Assembly: GCA_032718475.1 (NCBI GenBank)
Contig: JAUCBJ010001841.1
Span: forward strand, 49,755 to 113,754
Origin: Nemertoderma westbladi
Taxonomy: Eukaryota > Animalia > Xenacoelomorpha
Length of the DNA: 64,000 nt
Reading direction: 5' to 3'
Shown: positions 25,201 through 37,941 of the stretch, piece by piece
Position numbering within the stretch: the first letter of the stretch is position 1
How the letters are laid out: each line of letters opens with the position of its first letter
Program-made: the position numbers and the translations under genes
Notes under the pieces: model-generated
Told to the model about the DNA's origin: nothing
What the model saw: the letters and a program-made list of their open reading frames with translations, nothing else
Database searches by the model: none

Positions 25201-28200
25201 ACATCCTGTCCAACGACTAAATATAAAGTTTTTTTAGATGAATGATTTTAATGATGCTACTTTTATTGATCGGTTCTTTCAATGTGGAATCAACTCTTGT
25301 TGATCGGTTGTTATTAGTTTGAGAGGCTTCGTCAGGTTTTATTCCTCCACGTGGGATTATACTGATTCTTGGAACTATTGTTGGCCAGTATTCTTTTATC
25401 CTTCATATTTGATTTTGACGTAGAGTTGGGCACAGCATGACTAGGAATGCTGCTCAACAGAGATCTATTTTTCCAGGTTTCCCGAGATGTCTTATTTTTG
25501 TTGCCTGCATTATATCCTTTGATAGATTGGTTAACCCTGGTTTCGACTTTAACATTTGATGGAATATTTCTATCACCCTTAACAGCTGATGGAATATTTT
25601 GGACGCCCTTGACAGCTGATGGAACCTTGGCGTTGCTCTTGACAACTGAGGAAATGTTTGCGTCACCCTTAACAGCTGATGGAATGTTTGCGTCACCCTT
25701 AACAGCTGATGGAATGTATGGGTCGCCCTTAACAGCTGATGGAATGTATGGGTCGCCCTTGATAGCTGATGGAACCTTTGCCTCGCCCTTGGCAGCTGAT
25801 TGAATCTTCCCCTCTCCCTTCTCAACTATTTCATTTGTGGCGAGATTGTTTGACTTACCGATGTTATTGTAACTTACCTTGCGAACGGTTTTCCCGTTAG
25901 GTAAAGCGCCACCTGTCAGCTCCATCAATTTATTTAATTCAACATCCATGTCTTCCTAAAATATAAAGAAATCAAATAAACCAATTTGTTTAATGCAACC
26001 GCAGTACGTTACCGCAGACCGCAGTTCGTTACCGCAGACAGCAGTACGTTACCGCAGACCGCAGTACGTTACCCCAGACCGCAGTGCGTTACCGCAGACC
26101 GCAGTACGTTACCGCAGACCGCAGTGCGTTACCGCAGACCGCAGTACGTTACCGCAGACCGCAGTGCGTTACCACAGACAGCAGTACGTTACCGCAGACC
26201 GCAGTACGTTACCACAGACAGCAGTACGTTACCGCAGACCGCAGTACGTTACCGCAGACCGCAGTACGTTACCGCAGACCGCAGTACGTTTCCGCAGACC
26301 GCAGTACGTTACCGCAGACCGCAGTGCGTTACCGCAGACCGCAGTACGTTACCGCAGACCGCAGTACGTTACCGCAGACCGCAGTACGTTACCGCAGACC
26401 ACAGTACGTTATCGTAGACCGCAGTACGTTACCGCAGACCGCAGTACGTTACCGCAGACCACAGTACGTTACCGCAGACCGCAGTACGTTACCGCAGACC
26501 GCAGTACGTTGCCGCAGACAGCAGAACGTTACCGCAGACCGCAGTGCGTTACCGCAGACCGCAGTACGTTACCGCAGACCGCAGTGCGTTACCGCAGACC
26601 GCAGTACGTTACCGCAGACCGCAGTACGTTACCGCAGACCGCAGTACGTTACCGCAGACCACAGTAAGTTATCGTAGACCGCAGTACGTTACCGCAGACC
26701 GCAGTACGTTACCGCAGACCGCAGTACGTTACCGCAGACCGCAGTACGTTACCGCAGACCGCAGTACGTTACCGCAGACCGCAGTGCGTTACCGCAGACC
26801 GCAGTACGTTACCGCAGACCGCAGTACATTACCGCAGACCGCAGTACGTTACCGCAGACCGCAGACCGCAGTACATTACCGTAGACCGCAGTACGTTACC
26901 GCAGACCGCAGTACGTTACCGCAGACCGCAGTACGTTACCGCATACCGCAGTATGTTACCGCAGACAGCAGTACGTTACCACAGACCGCAGTGCGTTACC
27001 GCAGACCGCAGTACGTTACCGCAGACCGCAGTACGTTACCGCAGACCGCAGTACGTTACCGCAGACCGCAGTACGTTACCGCAGACCGCAGTACGTGACC
27101 GTAGACCGCAGTACGTTACCGCAGACCGCAGTACGTTACCGCAGACCGCAGTGCGTTACCGCAGACCGCAGTACGTTACCGTATACAGCAGTACGTTACC
27201 GCAGACCGCAGTACGTTACCGCAGACCGCAGTAGGTTACCTCAGACCTCAGTACGTTACCGCAGACCGCAGTACGTTACCGCAGACCGCAGTACGTTACC
27301 GCAGTCCACAGTACGTTACCGCAGACGGCAATACGTTACCGCAGACCGCAGTACGTTACCGCAGACCGCAGTACGTTACCGCAGACCGCAGTACGTTACC
27401 GCAGACCGCAGTACGTTACCGCAGACCGCAGTACGTTACCGCAGACCACAGTGCGTTACCGCAGACCACAGTACGTTACCGCAGACCACAGTACGTTACC
27501 GCAGACCACAGTACGTTACCGCAGACCGCAGTACGTTACCACAGACCGCAGTACGTTACCGCAGACCACAGTACGTTACCGCAGACCGCAGTACGTTACC
27601 GCAGACCGTAGTACGTTACCGCAGACCGCAGTGCGTTACCACAGACAGCAGTACGTTACCGCAGACCGCAGTACGTTACCACAGACAGCAGTACGTTACC
27701 GCAGACCGCAGTACGTTACCGCAGACCGCAGTACGTTACCGCAGACCGCAGTACGTTTCCACAGACCGCAGTACGTACCGCAGACCGCAGTGCGTTACCG
27801 CAGACCGCAGTACGTTACCGCAGACCGCAGTACGTTACCGCAGACCGCAGTACGTTACCGCAGACCACAGTACGTTATCGTAGACCGCAGTACGTTACCG
27901 CAGACCGCAGTACGTTACCGCAGACCACAGTACGTTACCGCAGACCGCAGTACGTTACCGCAGACCGCAGTACGTTGCCGCAGACAGCAGAACGTTACCG
28001 CAGACCGCAGTGCGTTACCGCAGACCGCAGTACGTTACCGCAGACCGCAGTACGTTACCGCAGACCGCAGTACGTTACCGCAGACCGCAGTACGTTACCG
28101 CAGACCGCAGTACGTTACCGCAGACCACAGTACGTTACCGCAGACCGCAGTACGTTACCGCAGACAGCAGAACGTTACCGCAGACCGCAGTGCGTTACCG

Positions 28201-31200
28201 CAGACCGCAGTACGTTACCGCAGACCGCAGTGCGTTACCGCAGACCGCAGTACGTTACCGTAGACCGCAGTGCGTTACCGCAGACCGCAGTACGTTACCG
28301 TAGACCGCAGTACGTTACCGTAGACCGCAGTACGTTACCGCAGACCGCAGTACGTTACCGCAGACCGCAGTGCGTTACCGCAGACCGCAGTACGTTTCCG
28401 CAGACCGCAGTACGTTACCGCAGACCACAGTACGTTACCGTAGACCGCAGTACGTTACCGCAGACCGCAGTACGTTACCGCAGACAGCAGTGCGTTACCG
28501 CAGACCGCAGTACGTTACCGTAGACAGCAGTACGTTACCGCAGACCGCAGTGCGTTACCGCAGACCGCAGTACGTTACCGTAGACCGCAGTGCGTTACCG
28601 CAGACCACAGTACGTTACCGCAGACCGCAGTACGTTACCATAGACCGCAGTACGTTACCGCAGACCGCAGAACGTTACCGCAGACCGCAGTGCGTTACCG
28701 CAGACCGCAGTACGTTACCGTAGACCGCAGTACGTTACCGCAGACCGCAGTACGTTACCGCAGACCGCAGTACGTTACCGCAGACCGCAGTACGTTACCG
28801 CAGACCGCAGTACGTTACCGCAGACCGCAGTGCGTTACCGCAGACCGTAGTACGTTACCGCAGACCGCAGTGCGTTACCGCAGACCGCAGTGCGTTACCG
28901 CAGACCGCAGTACGTTACTGCTCAGCGTGTCTATAAATTAGTGAGCGGATTTAGCTTAAACTCATTTTACTAAGAGTATTTTAAAAAGAGACACCATAAA
29001 ATACATCCGTCGCGCCGCAACTATTATTCGTTATAATTATCCGAATTTATTTTGAAGGATTCCTTCCATCTGTTACTAGAGTTCTGAATTTAGTTGAGTC
29101 GGAATTCGCAATTCAAGTTCAAAACAATTTTACCAGCGTTTGAAAAGCCCGATTTACCATTTCAACAGGAAGTTTTTAACAACGATAACAAGTTTTCTAC
29201 ATTAACGGCCGTGATAGTTTTGTGATATTAACTGCTGCAAAATTGTAATGAAAAGATTTAGTGAAATTTAAGAGGGGATGGGGTGGCGATGGGAGTACCG
29301 CTACTATTTCAAAATTAAAATTATTATTTGTTTATTTCACCTCAGCAGAATTTAAAGAGGATTACAAATAAAAAAACGACTTAGTAAGATCTATTTTAGT
29401 TCTTGAGTCATCGCTGTATGACCGTCTACTAGTCTGTCCGTTAAAAGAAAGACCGACAGAGAGACAGACCTTCAGACAGAGAGACTAGATTATTTTAGCT
29501 CGGTGGTGTGCTTCCTTCTAGGGACATATTATTAACCAACAAGACCCCGTCAGACAGTTTAGCGCGGAAGATATAAACGTTGAAGGCAATTATTATCTTG
29601 GAATGCCTTTTTTACTTTTCAAATTGCTACTCGTCCGCCATTTCTTAACCAATTTTTATTTCTGTTACTCGGCTATTGGTTAAAAGTATTAGTACAGTAT
29701 ATTTGGCCAGAACTGGCCTTTTAATTTTGAACCCATCTCGTGGCCTCCTAGTTTGAAAAATTTTGCAAAAATTTTAAAGTAATAAATTTGATGTTAGGCC
29801 TAAATAAAATTGGAAATATTAAATATTATAAAATTGTTACCAATATTTTTTTCAACTCTACCTCCTATTGATATATCCTAAACATCTAATTACAAAAGTC
29901 AAGTTTGTTGGAAGAGTAGTGCTTTTAGTGAAAGCTATTAATTTTGGAGATTAAATAGCATTACATTATTATAAATATATTACAACAATTTTTTAACCCA
30001 ACTTCCAGTTTCAATTAACCCAGATACCAAAAATGACTCAATTTGGCCCATACCTTGGCCTGTTATTTTTGACTATGTTCAAGTAGCGCTAACCCACCCC
30101 ACCCACCCCCCCCCCCCCCCCCCTAAACTATAATTATGTTAGTTTAGTATTATTGATATTGAAACCTGACACCTGCTGCCGGTGAGGTTCAAATTGAACC
30201 AAAGTTATGAACTTGTTGAAAATTTAAAGCTAGGGCCTGGATTCGAACAAGGGACCTTCACTGCGAAGCTCTACCGCAGAATAGTTCAATCAAATTAAGC
30301 CAGCAAATAGTTCAACAAGTACATATCCTGGGAAAGCCTTACTTGTAGCTCAGTGGCAGCGCTATTACAGGGTACATGCGAGGTCCCAGGTTCGAATCCC
30401 GGTACTAGCGTTACATTTTCAACAGGTTCCTATCTACATCGTTCTATTTAAATCTCACCAGCCGGGTATTCAATATATATTTTATTATCTTATCTTATTT
30501 TATTATTATATATTTATCTCATTCAGGTGGTTCGTGGATGGGCCATCAAAATGTCTATTTATAACTTGTCACTCGCGTGAAGGTCCAAAAAATGCGCCTA
30601 TCAATGAACACATGCAAATATGTTACGTGACTCATGGCATTATTAATAAGACATAAGTTACACTTACTTTAACATTTATACTTAACTGTCGGTGTGGATC
30701 TACGATAGTTACACTTTTATACTTAACTGTCGGTGGATCTACGATAGTTACACTTTTATACTTAACTGTCGGTGGATCTACGATAGTTACACTTTTATAC
30801 TTAACTGTCGGTGGATCTACGATAGTTACACTTTTATACTTAACTGTCGGTGGATCTACGATAGTTACACTTTTATACTTAACTGTCGGTGGATCTACGA
30901 TAGTTACACTTTTATACTTAACTGTCGGCGGATCTACGATAGTTACACTTTTATACTTAACTGTCGGTAGATCTACGATAGTTACACTTTTATACTTAAC
31001 TGACGGTAGATCTACGATAGTTACATTTTTATACTTAACTGTCGGTAAATCTACGATAGTTACACTTCTATACTTAACTGTCGGTGGATCTACGATAGTT
31101 ACACTTTTATACTTAACTGTTGGTGGATCTAAGATAGTTACACTTTTATACTTAACTGTCGGTGGATCTACGATAGTTACACTTTTATACTTAACTGTCG

Positions 31201-34200
31201 GTGGATCTACGATAGTTACACTTTTATACTTAACTGTCGGTGGATCTACGATAGTTACACTTTTATACTTAACTGTCGGTGGATCTACGATAGTTACACT
31301 TTTATACTTAACTGTCGGTGGATCTACGATAGTTACACTTTTATACTTAACTGTCGGTGGATCTACGATAGTTACACTTTTATACTTAACTGTCGGTAGA
31401 TCTACGATAGTTACACTTTTATACTTAACTGTCGGCGGATCTACGATAGTTACACTTTTATACTTAACTGTCGGTAGATCTACGATAGTTACACTTTTAT
31501 ACTTAACTGACGGTAGATCTACGATAGTTACACTTTTATACTTAACTGTCGGTGGATCTACGATAGTTACACTTTTATACTTAACTGTCGGTGGATCTAC
31601 GATAGTTACACTTTTATACTTAACTGTCGGTGGATCTACGATAGTTACACTTTTATACTTAACTGTCGGTGGATCTACGATAGTTACACTTTTATACTTA
31701 ACTGTCGGTGGATCTACGATAGTTACACTTTTATACTTAACTGTCGGTGGATCTACGATAGTTACACTTTTATACTTAACTGTCGGTGGATCTACGATAG
31801 TTACACTTTTATACTTAACTGTCGGTGGATCTACGATAGTTACACTTTTATACTTAACTGTCGGTAGATCTACGATAGTTACACTTCTATACTTAACTGT
31901 CGGTGGATCTACGATAGTTACACTTTTATACTTAACTGTTGGTGGATCTACGATAGTTACACTTTTATACTTAACTGTCGGCGGATCTACGATAGTTACA
32001 CTTTTATACTTAACTGTCGGTAGATCTACTAGTTACACTTTTATACTTAACTGTCGGTGGATCTACGATAGTTACACTTTTATACTTAACTGTCGGTGGA
32101 TCTACGATAGTTACATTTTTATACTTAACTGTCGGTAAATCTACGATAGTTACACTTCTATACTTAACTGTCGGTGGATCTACGATAGTTACACTTTTAT
32201 ACTTAACTGTTGGTGGATCTAAGATAGTTACACTTTTATACTTAACTGTCGGTGGATCTACGATAGTTACACTTTTATACTTAACTGTCGGTGGATCTAC
32301 GATAGTTACACTTTTATACTTAACTGTCGCTGGATCTACGATAGTTACACTTCTATAATTAAGATATCTACTGTATTTATACTTACACCAGATTGGCTTT
32401 CAGCCTTCTTCCCAACTTGAGGAAGTAACGAGGACTTTCTCACCGAGCCGGTAGCCCCACCAATGGACTGCTTCCGCCGCTCCAACGGCCGAGTCACTGT
32501 CCCGGCACCCGACGCATATTGTCCCAGACCCGTTCCCGATTGCCTTTGACTTGGCAAATCAAATTGTCCCGTTTTTCCGGAATTCTGGCCGACAGCCACA
32601 TTCTCTTTAGTCCCGGCATCCGACGTCAGTTTCCCGGTACTGGCCGACGCTTTCCCGTTCCCGGCGGCCGGCTCTACGCCCGCGTTCACCGTCCCGAACG
32701 CCGTTCTCGTGTTCGGTTTATTCGACGTCGTATCGGACTGGGTAGACCTTATCGGCAAATTGGGACCGACCCAGAAAAATTTGTAGTTTAATGCCTAAAG
32801 AGAAGAAAACAAACGATATAAATAAGAAACATAGTTCGGTGGATAAACGGTGACAAATTATTTGTAATATGGATAACTAAATTAATTAATTTACGGCCAA
32901 ACTATTATTTAATTAACAGACCTAGTAAGTAAGCGTTAATGTAGCCAAGATACAAGGAAAAAATCGATTAAGTTTTCAGAGGCTCCAAAAATTTAATTTT
33001 GCAATATAACATAAAACACACACTGAATTAGACCACTTTAATATATTTTTTGTATGGGACTAAGAAAAAAACCAAACCAAATTAGGTTGTTTGTATTCTG
33101 AGAGAACGGAAACTTACTAAATTTTGATTGGTTGGTAAAATCAAGAAACAATAGTAATCAAATTCTGATTCGTTGAATAAACAAACTAAATTAAACTAAA
33201 TTAACTAAACTAAATTAAGAAGATTCCATGTCTTATGTCAAAATTACTTAATTTAGTTTATAAATTTTTTCAACCAATCAAAATTGTCGAAATTCACATA
33301 ATTTTTTAGTTTAGTTTGTTTCCTTTTTCTTGATCACCTAACACACGTGATAGGTGATCCACCCGTTCAGTAGATAAGTAGTGTAAATAAGCTCCCAGTA
33401 TGTACCAGCAAAATTGGTATTAAAAATGGTTAAATGATCAGACAAATTTCCGTTGCTCTGGAAACTAAATTGGTAACTATATAGAAGTGCACACTTCAGT
33501 CAACCGATAGTCATTAGAGTAAAGATTGTCTGTACCAAATTTGGAGAAAATCCCATCAATAGACCCCTTGTTGCTGTGTAAAATCCATATATTTTTAAAG
33601 ACTTTTTTAAGGGGGTATTAACAAGGTAATGTCGAATAAAAAAAATTGGTTTGGATGAATTGCGAATTCTAGTTATGGGTTGACCTCCTTTTTTGGCTAG
33701 ATTGACTCGCCTATAAATTAGGATATATCCTAATAAACCCATAACTAATTCGCAATTCATCAAAACCGATTTTTTTTATTCTACATTACCTTTGTTAATA
33801 CAACCAAATAGGTCTATAAAAATATATTATGCGGATCACCTTCAATTTCCTGTTTCTTTCCTTAGTAACATGGATTTTACATAGCAACAACGGGTCTATT
33901 GGTAGGATAATACAACATAAATCATAAACCATATATCATATAAATAAATAATTGCACCTAAAATCAATAGAGCAATCACAGTTTTATTATATGAAAAATC
34001 TTCACTAACATTAATGGGAATTATGAAATTTCCTTGCAGTGGAATTGTATAATTTTTTTACAACAGTTACCTTAATATATCGTGAAGTTTTTGATATATT
34101 TAAAAATTTGATGCGACTTCTAGTTTCCGAGATATAGCAATTAATGTGTAACACGCCAGTGTAAATATTACTAATTTCCCATTGAATCACAGCTTATTGT

Positions 34201-37200
34201 TAAATTAATTAAATTCTGAATCTAACTTTCTACTTACTTTTCCCTACAGTTATTTTTGTTTGGATGGTGTAATTCAAATTTATGTAGAATTTTAATGAAT
34301 AAATCATTGAAATAATCAAATATATGTTCTGGAAAATAACTTTTTTATAGACTTTTTGGTCATTAATAAGGTAATATAGAATACAAATTTTGTGTTTTGG
34401 TTTGATTGCGAAATACTTAAAATGGACATTTGCCATTTGGACATCATGGCCATTTTCGGACAACTCTTCGATTTATCACTCTCAGCGTTTCAAAATTGTT
34501 TGGTTTTGGCTATAATTTGGAATATAGGTACCTAAGATGCTATTCTACATGACAGGTCAGAAAAATTTTATTTTTGCTATTTAATATTAGTTAATAATAG
34601 TTAACAATAAAAAAAACTTGGTTGCGCTTAAAACCCTAAGGCTTTTACAGTTTTGAATCTAATCACATGAAAGTTTTTTTATATGATAGATCAAAGATGG
34701 GGCAACATAACTATCAGGCGATATTTTGTTAAAATAATTCTGCACCGCTAGGTGGCGTTGAAAATGTATGCTAATTTTTTAGGTTTGTTATAAATAGTAT
34801 TAAATTTTATTAACAAAAAATTTCGAAAAGTTGTCTGATACTTTTATGCAGGGTGGCTATCTAGACACCCACAGGAAGTTTCAGACTAATTACTCAAAAA
34901 TTGTAGAAGTAGTAGGGTTTTGAAGTTGACAATTTCCCAAAAAAAATATTTGGAGATAATCGACCTTTCATTATACATAGTAATAGTAATTTCAATAGGA
35001 ATCCCTAAATGGTAATTGTTATAACTTGATAACTAAAAGAGCTATTAAATAGCGGTTTTCAGATTTCGAAACACCATTTAAACATGAAGTATAATCGATC
35101 ATAACAATAATTTCGACATATTTCGGACCAAAATGGTGTACCAACCCCCCCCCCCCCCCCATTAATCCCTTCAAAAATGAAATAGATTAAATGTGGCCTA
35201 AATCAGTAATCAGCCACCACAGCGGTCACGCGCATCAATATCGCGCCGTTAGTCTTTATGGAACAATCTACACGGACTTACTGCACTGCTGGTTGGTCGG
35301 TACTGGGGGTTCCATCGCATTAGGTCGTATAGGATATCCAACCCCGCGTCGGATGCGTTGGTCACCTTGAGTTTGAGTCGGCGGAGGATTTCGGGGTGCT
35401 TGGGGGGAGGTTCGTTCGGTTTGGTCGACCCAGCGGGTTTCCTGGGAACGGAAGTCGCGTGGTTTGGGATGTGGGACGGGAAGCTAAACTGCATCTTATC
35501 GGCTAGAGCGTAGGCCTCGGGCCACTCGTCCTGGAGGAGAGAATACAACCATTATAGAGGTAGTAGACTCACAAAAGTAATAATATTTTTGTAAGATCAT
35601 TAATTTTCATTACCACGACCCACGAAATTGTGCGGGAATATCTTGTAATAGAATAAGATTACAGGGTGAGGCAATGGCAAGGCTGGCATGGCACTATGGA
35701 GAGTTTGCGAGTCAGCGTGTATAATGTGTAATTTTAACTTGGCATAGCTTAGCATCAGGTACCACTAACTCAATCGGTGTGTCTGCTGTTCTGTTGTGTT
35801 CAATTTTAAACGTAATGAAATCTATCCAAACTTGGTACACATGTTGTTTGGCAAAAATTTTCCAAGTTGAATCTCCGTATGGCCTTCGAGAAGCTAAGAT
35901 AATAGCAGTTAATTAGTTAATTAAGTTGATTAGGGTAAAAACAGTTTCAAGCCTGTCTTTTAAAGGAAATTATTTATTTTATAGGATAAGATATAAATAA
36001 TTATACTTAAAAGTTATACAGGTGTAATCCCCATACCCCATTCCATTATAGTTTTTAATTAGTTTAAGTGATTTGCTTTAAGAAATGTGTTTTTAATTGA
36101 TCTAAACATAATTAATTAGGTCATCAAATTCCCTCGTCACTCTATACCTCCCTCATTCTTTGGCATAATAGCTATTGCCTATTAGTTGGAACCAGTCCAA
36201 TCATCTCATCACAACTAGGCAACGGGTAATTAAATCTATAGGACATAGGTAAGGCAGTGTAAAGTAGCTAAGAAGCCAGTTTGCTTATTAGAAATCATTA
36301 GCTAAATAATTTCTTATAAATTAATATTTCATTATCAATACTATCGGCATAAGGTAAGTTTTAATAATTTTTACAAATTGGGTTACCTCCACACCTAAAA
36401 ATATATTACTTTTAAAACACAAATTTCCTGTTAATACCTATCTGCCTTTCATTAATCCTATGTGCTCCTTTGGGTTGGGGTGGTGCAGATTAAGAGGGCG
36501 GTTGAAGCAGGGCGCGAACTTTCCTCTCTTCTTTGATTTATTATTATCTTATTATATTTAATTTATTTATTTAAATTTCTTAAGTACCGATTTTGGGATA
36601 GAATTGCTCAATTTAATCTGTATCTGATAACTGAGCCTCGTCCTGCGCGATGGCCCCTGTTAATTGTGTTTAGATAAATTAAAAAACAGATTTCTTAAAG
36701 CAAACCATTTGAAATAATTAAAAACTATAATGGAATGGGGAAACCTATAATTGTATGGGGTATGGGGATTCCAGTTGTATAATTTTTAAGTATAATTATT
36801 AATTTCCTATTATTATAGTAGAAAATAATTAATTTCCTATTATTATAGTATAAAATAATTAATTTCCATGATAGGACATGCTTAAAATGCCGTTTCTTTT
36901 ACTGCAATTAAAATAATTCACTAATTAACTGCTTTTATCTTGGCTTCTCAAAGGCCATACGTAAATTATACTTGGAAAATTTATAAACTTTTGTCAGTCT
37001 ACAAGTGTACTACTTAGTGTTTAAACGGGATGAGACTTTTTGGGATTTCCGGTTCGGGGCCGGGAAAATTACTAACAGGATTCCGATTGCAATTCTGAAT
37101 AAAATGTTCTTAAATTTTCAGTATAAAGTTTTATATTGCTGTGTTGGTGTAAAACTGTTTTTTTTTGGCAAAAATCTATCACTAAATTTCACACTGCTGA

Positions 37201-37904
37201 AATCTTAAAAAGATAAAATTATATTAAAATGTATATATAGCTGATTACTGGATGGTTTACTGAGATCCAGTAATCCGACAATTCGATATAATAAATAGAT
37301 TTCTATTCATCGGATCTTCAAGAAATTTAGTTTACTATTTATTCATCGGGATCCCGTTCCAAAAATGCCGGGATCGGGATCGGGATCCCGCTTAAACACT
37401 AAGGTGTACCAAGTTTGGTTACATTAGATCGAGGATTGGACGCGTTATTAACGCAACGCTTAAATATTGGGATCTACACATTGACGGACACACAGGTAGA
37501 GATAGTGGTACCCGTATACTAAGCTCGCTTACTTTCGTGGCTCGCTAGAAAATAAATTTAGTACAATTAATTGTTATATATATTGTAATTAATCTAATCA
37601 CCAAAAAAAGGTTAAACAATGAATGAGGGGGTAACTTGTTAGTTTGCAAGATCAGACACCCCTGGCATGGTGAATACTTTAAAAGACTCTTATATAAATA
37701 TTATTAAGGTAAGATAAGGCTGAGATAAAATAGAGATATAAGGTATCAAGCGCAAAATCATTCAAAGGTCCGCGTCTACTAACGCGTGAACCTACCTAAT
37801 ACAGTACCAAAAAAAATTCACCGGACAGTGGACACCGGACATTCACCAACGCTCTACCAACTTCGCCGTATGAGCCTTTTAAAACAAAGAGCTAACTGGA
37901 AATT

Positions 37905-37941
<37 letters not shown>

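Noticed and set aside
25986-28941. Many + strand ORFs ([20 protein letters not shown] repeats)
   Set aside because: By-product of a stop-free 20-bp unit: all three frames give the same peptide, indels and stops are scattered, and the array is antisense within a MAK intron.
30656-32362. CRISPR-like array or the [16 protein letters not shown]
   Set aside because: Units are contiguous with no unique spacers, there are no cas genes, the context is eukaryotic, and TGG>TAG variants break the ORF.
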